DNA of 11,865 nt from a virus. Taxonomy: Duplodnaviria; Heunggongvirae; Uroviricota; Caudoviricetes. Both the position numbers and the translations under genes were made by a program. The notes beneath the pieces were generated by a model. The model made no database searches and was not told the DNA's origin. It saw only the letters and a list, made by a program, of their open reading frames with translations. The stretch lies in IMG/VR virus record IMGVR_UViG_2703718850_000008; one strand, 5' to 3'. Within the stretch, counting starts at the first letter, position 1. Each line of letters begins with the position of its first letter. Below are positions 1 to 6,847 of the stretch, piece by piece.

Positions 1-1322
1 TTACCAGCCTACAGCAATACCCCCTCCGATTACTGCTCCATCAGTATTATTCCATGAAGACGATGCACGAATATTGGTGTTTTCATTAAGTTTGTATTGA
101 ACACCAACAGCTACTGCATTACCGTTTCTATAGTTACCAACCCCAACGCCGGCACTAAATGTCTGGTTATTCACATACGGGATATTGGTCATTGCTGCTA
201 CGGAAGCAATACCTGCATTAGCTTTTTTAGCATTAGCTTCTATCTTATCATTCAGCTGCTTAAATGTTGAATTTATCTTCCCATTAATTTGGTTAAATTT
301 TGTATCAGTATATGCGAATGATTCTTGTTTTGCTGATTGTATGTTTTTATTAATAACACCGTTATTTTTCGTAACTTCCTGATCAGTGTATGCCATTGAT
401 TCGCTTTTGGCATTATTAATATTCTGNNNNNNNNNNNNNNNNNNNNNNNNNNNNNNNNNNNNNNNNNNNNNNNNNNNNNNNNNNNNNNNNNNNNNNNNNN
501 NNNNNNNNNNNNNNNNNNNNNNNNNTTATTAATATTCTGATTTATCACAGCATTATTTTTGGTAACCTGCTGATCTGTATATGCCAGTGATTCATTCTTG
601 GCATTATTGATGTTTTGATTAATTACGGTATTATTTTTAGCTATCTCATTCCCAGTATAATCTTTCAGTTGCTTAACGTTAACACCATCAGTATCCTCAG
701 TACCTGCGGCAACATGGGTCAATTGTCGATTAGTATTACCCGTCCCAAAAGATACACTATACTCTCTGTCAGTTGTACTTCCCCCGCCGATGGCAACACT
801 ATTATTATGTTCAGCCACACTCTGTGAGCCTAGTGAGATGGCATTTTCTGCATTAGATGTAGCCCCTACACCAATAGCTAATGTATCTCCTGCAGTCGCC
901 TGGGCGGAGGAACCAAATGCAACACTGTTTTCCCCGGTTGCTTTAGACGCAGCACCTACACTTGTAGAATTAGCGACTGCCTCACTACCCGCACCATTTG
1001 CTATAGCTGAATCACCGTTTACTTTACTAAATGAACCAATGGCTACCGAGTTATTTCCAACAACATTTGCATTTGCGCCAATAGCTGACGATGAGTTACC
1101 TTGAGATGAAGAATATGAACCAATTGCAGTATTATAGGCTCCTTCGGTTTTTGAAACAGCGCCAATTGTTGTAGAAGAAGAACCTGAAGCATTTGCATAT
1201 GCACCAATAGCTGTCGCATTACTATCAGTTGCCTGGCTATTATCACCGGCATTATAAGAATTATATGCATAAGAATTTGCTGAAACTGTAAATATAACAG
1301 AGGCTACAAATAGTTTTTTCAT
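1..1322 (-). CDS. Trimeric autotransporter adhesin (YadA-like), C-terminus complete, interrupted by assembly gap 427..525 so frame and length across the gap are unknown
   Basis: ATG at 1322..1320 gives MKKLFVASVIFTVSANSYA, a Sec-type signal peptide with AxA-like cleavage site. Head region has repeated NSVAIG / SxAxG-type motifs. Stalk has about 26-aa repeats (YTDQQVTKNNAVINQNINNAKNESLA). The last ~70 aa (GIASVAAMTNIPY...GGGIAVGW, stop at 3..1) look like a YadA-type membrane anchor ending in an aromatic residue. The ORF-track start at 1364 is a TTG upstream of the signal peptide and is not preferred. Confidence 0.8.
250..700 (-). repeat. Tandem in-frame coding repeats (about 78 nt / 26 aa) of the adhesin stalk
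   Basis: Near-identical nucleotide blocks at 412..426, 526..540 and, diverged, 603..618 (78-nt offset between the last two). Protein repeats NINNAK(N/S)ES(L/M)AYTDQ(Q/E)VTKNN(A/G)VIN occur on both sides of the gap. Boundaries are approximate. Confidence 0.6.
427..525. other. Assembly gap (run of 99 N) inside the adhesin coding sequence
   Basis: Uninterrupted N run. Both flanks carry the same repeat (ATTATTAATATTCTG at 412..426 and 526..540), consistent with a collapse or scaffold join inside a tandem repeat. Confidence 0.95.
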
Positions 1323-1900
1323 AGAAATGACGTATGTTAAATAGATTGAAAAGATAAGATTCAAATCAATTAAATGACGCTTTAAAAATAAGCGGCAGGA
1401 TTTTATTCATCTGATAAAAATAGCGCAAGAGTTGTCTTATATGGAATATTCAGATAAGTCTTATTGAAAAAAACGGTATAACAAATACATAACATTACGG
1501 CCATTATACATACATTATAAAAATTACAGAGATATTTAATTAAATCCAAAGCATTTTTTCAATATGGATTTCGAAGAACTTGTTATAGTACATTAATCAA
1601 TCAATTATTGGTATTTCGCTCACTGTTCATATAGTTTTAATACATCAATGCATAAGAACATTTTCTCATTCATAAAAGCGATAAAAACTGTTGTACCTTA
1701 TATTGTTAATGTTTGGTAACAAAGACAAATCCAACAAGGCATTGATCATCCCCTATGATACCCATAGAAAGAATTATCTGACATATAATAACGATATAAA
1801 GTATATTATTGCTAATGAAACTATATGATAGCTTCACATTCAGCAATACCTGCTCAACCTTATCTCTGGAAATGAACATTGCTAACTTTCCTACTCCTTA
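1323..1900 (-). promoter_or_regulatory. Long AT-rich non-coding leader upstream of the adhesin gene, presumed promoter/regulatory region
   Basis: About 0.58 kb with no ORF of note on either strand and strongly AT-rich runs. No specific -35/-10 could be fixed by eye. Confidence 0.3.
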
Positions 1901-2118
1901 ATCCTTCTCCCAGAGCGCATCATCCACACCGACAATCCCCTCAGGCATCAGCCAGGTGACATTTTCCGCTAATGGGCTGGTTCAGAGATAAATAGTGCGT
2001 CCCCGGAAGCCAAGTCAAGGAGCATTTTTCCCCTGTGACCTTCAACGGCTACTTACTGTTTAAAAACAGCTACGATGCCAGCATAGATACTCTTGAATAC
2101 GATGTACTACGTTTTTTC

Positions 2119-2849
2119 TTATTCTGGACTGAACTCCCTAACCTGCTTCAAATCCAGGAGATTGCTCAGTTCCTCTTTCATTTCACGCTGATGACGATAA
2201 ATCTCATTATTGCGATCAACCTGCGCCATAGCTGCAGCCAGCTCCTCCAGTTCCGTCATCGACAGTTTCACCTGCTGATTATCAGCATCACTCCATGTCA
2301 TAACGTCCCACTGCCCTGAGTTAGCCCCTGCAGCCATTACCACCGGGTAAAGGCGGGCCAGCGAGTCGGGGCCGCCATTCCAGGTGTGTCCGTTCCATTC
2401 GAATGTGAACGGCTGCGCTTCCTGTTCTGTGCGCCACACCTCGATTTCCCGCTTTCTGGCATCCTTTCCCACGGCGATAAGTTCTGGCGTGACGGTGAAC
2501 GCAGGGCTGTCCAGTGGCGCTTTTGTTTTCGTCTCGTCCATGACGGTTTTGACAGCCTTTGGCGTGGCTGCCAGTACTTCGCTGTCGTTGTCTGTATCAC
2601 TACAGAGTTGCGCCAGACCTTTTTTGTCGTGGAAGCATTGCTTCCCTTCAGATCATCAACTATCCATTGCGCCTCGTCCCTGTGCTGTTTCGCGCTCTGC
2701 TGCGCCTGCACCACAGTTTCCTGTCACCACGTCGGCAACTGTGCGCATCACACCTCTGAGGTGTTTACCCGGGATTTCAGAGTTATGTGGCATCCGTACA
2801 TGGGGATGCCTGCGCCATCAATCAGCGCACCTGATATCACTACAGACAT
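2119..2849 (-). pseudogene. Remnant of a side tail fibre (Stf-like) gene: short N-terminal ORF, frame disruption, then a C-terminal ORF in another frame
   Basis: ATG at 2849..2847 encodes MSVVISGALIDGAGIPMYGCHITLKSRVNTSEV and then TGA at 2750..2748; this resembles the lambda-type Stf N-terminus as I recall it (MAVKISGVLKDGTGKPVQNCTIQLKARRNS...). In another frame, open from 2652 to the stop at 2119, the translation contains SEVLAATPKAVKTVMDETKTKAPLDSPAFT, matching the LAATPKAVK..MDET..KAPL.SPA motif of Stf/P2 gpH-type fibres. The ORF-track call 2119..2541 is only the part after an internal Met. The total span is far shorter than an intact fibre gene. Confidence 0.55.
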
Positions 2850-2872
2850 AGTTTTTCTCGCGATAAATTAAA

Positions 2873-3418
2873 TCAGGAAGAGGCTTCCAGAGAGACGGGC
2901 CATTCAATGGCGTTATATGAGGATTTATCAGTGATGGTGCTGAAATCCATCGCCTGCAGCGATTTCGCGTAAATGCGGTACGCTTTCAGCTTCTCCCTGT
3001 CGTCGTCACTGATTAATCCCAGCAGCAGGTCTTTTTCCCATTCGCTGGTCATGATGCTGACCCGTTGTAACAGGGCATCGCGCTCATCTTCCGCTTTAAG
3101 TTTGTAGTCGAAGACAAATTTATCGTCGCGGTAAAACCAGTAACCAGGCACGGTAATACGGCGGTTAGCGGTAATATCAGGAACTTCAATAACACTGGCG
3201 TTACGGGGTTCAATGCCTGTCACATCCTTACCGACCCATACCACGCGCCCGTCTCCGGTGTAAACCATTTTTATGGTGTCACTGGCAAAATTTTTCAGCT
3301 CTTCATACCAGTTTTGGTCATCTTCCGAAAAAAGCCAGGTGATACCATGTTGTTTTGTCATCTGATATTGTTCTGCGGTTTTCGGATTGCCTGCAGTAAT
3401 ATTTTTTAAATGCAACAT
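2873..3418 (-). CDS. Tail fibre assembly protein (Tfa, P2 gpG-like)
   Basis: N-terminus MLHLKNITAGNPKTAEQYQMTKQHGITWLFSEDDQNWYEELKNF...VIEVPDITANRR closely follows the conserved Tfa/gpG N-terminal domain as I recall it. The ATG lies 2 nt after the tail fibre stop, and the gene sits directly downstream of the fibre gene. Confidence 0.85.
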   Translation of the reverse strand: MLHLKNITAGNPKTAEQYQMTKQHGITWLFSEDDQNWYEELKNFASDTIKMVYTGDGRVVWVGKDVTGIEPRNASVIEVPDITANRRITVPGYWFYRDDKFVFDYKLKAEDERDALLQRVSIMTSEWEKDLLLGLISDDDREKLKAYRIYAKSLQAMDFSTITDKSSYNAIEWPVSLEASS

Positions 3419-3420
3419 TG

Positions 3421-4974
3421 TTAAACACTCGCCACGTTATACCAGGTGCCGTTAATCAGTTTCTGAAGCGGTCGGTAATACACGCCGTTGACGTTATCCG
3501 CTGAATTTTTACCAGTATCCGATATCGATATCCCTGACAATCCGTGTCCCGCAGGAGCGTGATATGTCCAAGAGATTACATTGCTGCCAGGTTTGTAATA
3601 CATTTCGGAACCATAGCGCACATCCTGCACGCCGCCATTTCGCTGCTGATAACGGGCATCGAAATTTCCATAGTTTGATGGGGTCATCTGTCCGTTTACA
3701 GCGAATGTGATACTGCCATCGGTATTTCTCTGGCTGTAAAAATGCCAGCCGGAATCATCACCAAGCTCTGCAACTACAGGTCGGGATGAATTACCCCATA
3801 AATTAAACGTTGCGTTTTTCGTGGAGTTGTTGGCGCTGGATAACGTGAATTTTTTAGCATTTCCGGCCTGAATATTTTTTAACGCTATCGCCACACCATT
3901 CTGGAAACGAAATACATGCTGTCCATTCGCATAAACATCCAGAATGCCGTCGCCGTTTTGTTTTATACCTGTATCGTTATCCCCGAAAGCAATTGAGTTT
4001 CCGCCCAGCGCGTTCTGAACGCCGATACCCAGTGCACCATTGACCTGAGAACCACCGCCAACAGACACTTTATGCGACATGGATATCTCTCCTGTCCGCA
4101 AATTAATGGTGAGCGGACGCAGGGGACCAATATCTCCATTCTCGCCCTGACCTTCACTAGTAGGGATAAGGTGCAGGCACTCTTCAGAACGGCGAAAAAT
4201 AAGGCCAAAAGCCTCGTTAAAAATCCTCAATGCATTAACACCACGTATTTTCAGCTCCCCGGTCATCAAATCACCAGATTTTTTTACATATCGCAGATCA
4301 AAATCTGAATAGATATTGCCGGGGTTTATCACACTGAAATAGCTTTTCTCGCTATCAAGAAGGCAAATCAAAGGAATACCCTTAATGATATCATTCGCTA
4401 CCAGCTCGGACTTGTTCCCCTTATAAAGTGGGAACGTACCAAGAACCTTTCCGCCTAGTGTTAGTTGAAGTGTCGCCGCGTTGGTATTGTTCTGAACGGG
4501 GAAAACTATAATCGGGGTTCGTAGCGTCCAATCTGTACCTCCATTAACAAAAAACGTCGAGGGAAGTTCCAGCGTCAGTGCGTTTGCAGTGCCACCAGTA
4601 ACACCCGCAATATAATGACCGCTCTGAAGCTGCGCTATCTGTACGAAATAGTTTTCCGAACCACGCGTGGCAAAGTTAGCCACAACATCATTAAGGGACC
4701 AACCTTTCGCGGTTGTTCCTTCCTGCCCACGAATGACTTTCAACACATCACCGCTTACCGATACCAAGTGACAAATCTCAAATGCAGACTCTTTATTATC
4801 GGTAAGCGTAATTTTTGCATAGACGCGTTGCCCGTTCGATTTATTTTCAAAATCGGCAGAAAGCAATTTTGCAAATTTAGCCCCTGTACCGGGCATTACC
4901 GGAATATCAGTCTGAATCGTGGTGATATCACCAGCCAGTACTGAAACAACGTTATTGCCGAACCCAAGAATCAT
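3421..4974 (-). CDS. Tail fibre protein (C-terminal region like P2 gpH-type receptor-binding region; N-terminus distinct)
   Basis: 517 aa. The C-terminal ~150 aa (NALGGNSIAFGDNDTGIKQNGDGILDVYANGQHVFRFQNGVAIALKNIQAGNAKKFTLSS...RPVVAELGDDSGWHFYSQRNTDGSITFAVNGQMTPSNYGNFDARY...INGTWYNVASV) match the conserved C-terminal block of P2 H-type fibres as recalled. The start codon overlaps the upstream gene stop (ATGA at 4971..4974). Confidence 0.85.
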   Translation of the reverse strand: MILGFGNNVVSVLAGDITTIQTDIPVMPGTGAKFAKLLSADFENKSNGQRVYAKITLTDNKESAFEICHLVSVSGDVLKVIRGQEGTTAKGWSLNDVVANFATRGSENYFVQIAQLQSGHYIAGVTGGTANALTLELPSTFFVNGGTDWTLRTPIIVFPVQNNTNAATLQLTLGGKVLGTFPLYKGNKSELVANDIIKGIPLICLLDSEKSYFSVINPGNIYSDFDLRYVKKSGDLMTGELKIRGVNALRIFNEAFGLIFRRSEECLHLIPTSEGQGENGDIGPLRPLTINLRTGEISMSHKVSVGGGSQVNGALGIGVQNALGGNSIAFGDNDTGIKQNGDGILDVYANGQHVFRFQNGVAIALKNIQAGNAKKFTLSSANNSTKNATFNLWGNSSRPVVAELGDDSGWHFYSQRNTDGSITFAVNGQMTPSNYGNFDARYQQRNGGVQDVRYGSEMYYKPGSNVISWTYHAPAGHGLSGISISDTGKNSADNVNGVYYRPLQKLINGTWYNVASV

Positions 4975-5597
4975 TTTTGAATCACCGTTGTTGCATAAGA
5001 ATAAATAAAAGGGAGTTTTACATATTTCTGGTCAATGGCATCTTTCAGAAAATAGCCTATACCATCACCATATTCTGGTATATGAATAGAAAAAACACTG
5101 TCCGACACAGTCACGCTCACATCAAAAGTGTGCTGCAACGGCGGGTCTATTCCGTTTTTCCCATGAATGAACCGTGCCACACGGCGCTTTAACCAGTCAA
5201 TGCAGAAATGCGAACCGTCAGCCTTATAAAAATTCCAAGTTAATATTCGCTTGAAATAATCATCCGGAACATACGATGCCTGCCCCGGAACATAATTCCG
5301 CATTGCCGCATAAGGGATTGTATTGTATTCAATGGTATCGTATGCGCCGCGTGCAATAGCCTCCTCGGAAACCTGTAGTAAAGGCCTTTCAACGCCATAA
5401 ATCCCGAGAGCAATCCAGTCCAGCAATTGCCCGGTTATTGATTCCGATGTCCAGCATGGCAATGCCAGATTGTTGAGTGAATCGAGGTATTCCTGAGCAA
5501 TTTCATTGTATGCATCAAAGAACGCAACAACATTCGGATCATCTCTGTACTGCACAAACGGATAAGCAGGGAGAATTTTTTCAGTCAGATATTGCAT
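4971..5597 (-). CDS. Tail/baseplate protein in the gpI position (I-like, DUF2313-type by position)
   Basis: Start taken at the ATG at 5597..5595 (MQYLTEKILPAYP...) rather than the ORF-track start at 5705, because the upstream part of that ORF overlaps the J-like gene. The stop overlaps the fibre start. It lies between the J-like gene and the tail fibre, as in P2 (J-I-H) and Mu (gp47-gp48-fibre). Family assigned by position and size only. Confidence 0.5.
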   Translation of the reverse strand: MQYLTEKILPAYPFVQYRDDPNVVAFFDAYNEIAQEYLDSLNNLALPCWTSESITGQLLDWIALGIYGVERPLLQVSEEAIARGAYDTIEYNTIPYAAMRNYVPGQASYVPDDYFKRILTWNFYKADGSHFCIDWLKRRVARFIHGKNGIDPPLQHTFDVSVTVSDSVFSIHIPEYGDGIGYFLKDAIDQKYVKLPFIYSYATTVIQK

Positions 5598-6807
5598 ACT
5601 TGTTAACTTGAACCTGTGATGCCACTGTCGAAAAATAGGAATAGGTATCGCCATAAACCAGGCTTGTGTCTTTTGCCGGAAGAACAATATGACCATTAAT
5701 GCCAATGCTCACACTGATTGTTGAGATCAACGTCGCATCAACCAGCAACCTGACAGAACTGGTAAAAATATCCTGGATACGCAGAAGATTTATCGGGTGT
5801 CCGACTTCAATTGAATTGATGTAATCAGCAACGTTTTGCTGCACAGCCATAGCAATACCCGCCGGATCAACATAATCATCAGACACCGTGTTCCAGGTGA
5901 TTAGCACCATGACGTTTTGTGATGACGGGATAACGAACGGCACCTGATAAACGTCCGGCGAAACGGTTATTGAAACCGTGCGTTTTTCCACTGCCGCACC
6001 GGATGGATTGCTTACATCGTTGGTCAGTTTCGAAATATCCGGTACAGATTTGTAAATCGCATAAGCCACATCATACGGATCACCGCCACCAACAACCGCA
6101 ACCCATTTCCCCAGCGACGACTGCCGGAAAGAAATCAGGTTTTCTCGCACACCGCTTACTGATTTGAGCATCGCTTTATAGCAATCCGGTGTTCCCTGCA
6201 CACCAAACATACCGGACTCCATGACTTCGGCGCGGTAAGATGCCCACGTCTGCGCCTCCTGACCTGGCATCCCTGCGGTAAGGTTCGTGCATTTTACAGG
6301 CTGGTCTTTTGGTACTGAGGTAATAACCTGCGTCACAGTCCCTTCCGGTACAGCCCATGAGCCTGACGTTGTGGCCACACAGTAGACTGGTTCAGTCTGC
6401 CCACTTTCCGGCACCACCGTATCGCGGGAAACTGCATACTGGTAGTTGCCATCACCGACAACAAATCCTTTAGGGATACCAAACCCCGGCAACGCCTCAA
6501 ATACCACGTATACCGCCGTATTTGTACTTAATCCCTTCTGTGCTCCATAAATGTTTCCGAGTTGCATCAGTAACGGAATATTTGCGCCGTATGGGCTTAC
6601 GGAGTTAATAAGGTCCACCCGCGCCTGGTCTATTAATGCCAGCGCCCCGACTGCCGTGCTGGCAAGGTCAGTAATAAGCCCCGCCGGAAGGTTGGCTGTA
6701 TATCCAGGTACTTTTTCAGCAACTCTGATGATAAGATTTGCAAGCAAATCATTGGGTGGCGTAGGCTGCGCCCCCGCACTGGTCATAGTAATTGGTATTT
6801 CTGACAT
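5581..6807 (-). CDS. Baseplate wedge protein, J-like (P2 gpJ / Mu gp47 position)
   Basis: 408-aa ORF with ATG at 6807 preceded by GGAG (6816..6813) at 5-nt spacing. It overlaps the I-like start by 17 nt and sits immediately upstream of the I-like and fibre genes. Assignment is mainly by synteny and size; sequence similarity was not verified. Confidence 0.5.
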   Translation of the reverse strand: MSEIPITMTSAGAQPTPPNDLLANLIIRVAEKVPGYTANLPAGLITDLASTAVGALALIDQARVDLINSVSPYGANIPLLMQLGNIYGAQKGLSTNTAVYVVFEALPGFGIPKGFVVGDGNYQYAVSRDTVVPESGQTEPVYCVATTSGSWAVPEGTVTQVITSVPKDQPVKCTNLTAGMPGQEAQTWASYRAEVMESGMFGVQGTPDCYKAMLKSVSGVRENLISFRQSSLGKWVAVVGGGDPYDVAYAIYKSVPDISKLTNDVSNPSGAAVEKRTVSITVSPDVYQVPFVIPSSQNVMVLITWNTVSDDYVDPAGIAMAVQQNVADYINSIEVGHPINLLRIQDIFTSSVRLLVDATLISTISVSIGINGHIVLPAKDTSLVYGDTYSYFSTVASQVQVNKYAISD

Positions 6808-6820
6808 ATTTACTCCATTA

Positions 6821-6845
6821 AAAAACCCGCTTTCGCGGGTTTTTT
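6821..6845. terminator. Intrinsic (rho-independent) terminator hairpin, symmetric, between the nuclease gene and the J-like gene
   Basis: AAAAACCCGC-TTTC-GCGGGTTTTTT: GC-rich stem of 6-7 bp with a 4-nt loop, flanked by an A-tract on one side and a T-tract on the other, so it is U-tailed on either strand. It starts 3 nt beyond the nuclease stop (6848..6850) on the minus strand. Confidence 0.6.
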
Positions 6846-6847
6846 AC

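Noticed and set aside
185-1104. Plus-strand ORFs 185..382, 615..827 and 790..1104
   Set aside because: They lie entirely within, and antisense to, the adhesin coding sequence, whose minus-strand translation has clear YadA-like features.
1043-1270. Minus-strand alternative-frame ORF (75 aa) inside the adhesin gene
   Set aside because: It is an out-of-frame overlap with a well-supported coding sequence and has a low-complexity translation.
1323-1364. Upstream TTG start extension of the adhesin (MNLIFSIYLTYVIS...)
   Set aside because: It would bury the signal peptide behind 14 extra residues. The ATG at 1322 gives a canonical signal peptide.
2035-2319. Plus-strand 94-aa ORF with GTG start and an upstream AAGGAG
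   Set aside because: Its translation is hydrophobic and low-complexity, and it overlaps the 3' end of the fibre remnant in antisense. No supporting features, so it is kept only as unlikely.
2337-2714. Minus-strand 125-aa ORF (GTG start) rich in R, Q and K
   Set aside because: It is an alternative frame across the fibre remnant, and its translation does not look like a folded protein. I treat the region as one decayed gene rather than calling this ORF.
2384-2871. Two overlapping plus-strand ORFs (155 and 161 aa), one Cys-rich
   Set aside because: They are antisense to the tail-fibre remnant, have low-complexity Cys/Ser/Ala-rich translations and no SD context. Most likely they are frame artefacts of the opposite-strand coding sequence.
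3963-4944. ORFs 3963..4208 (-), 4072..4308 (+) and 4615..4944 (+) inside the tail fibre gene
   Set aside because: They are embedded in or antisense to a strongly supported coding sequence.
2100-5000. Possible invertible host-range segment (Gin/Pin/Cin-type) with alternative fibre ends
   Set aside because: There is no invertase gene in the window, the fibre relic is in the same orientation as the intact fibre, and I could not find gix-like crossover sequences or long inverted repeats by eye. A computational inverted-repeat search would be needed to exclude it fully.
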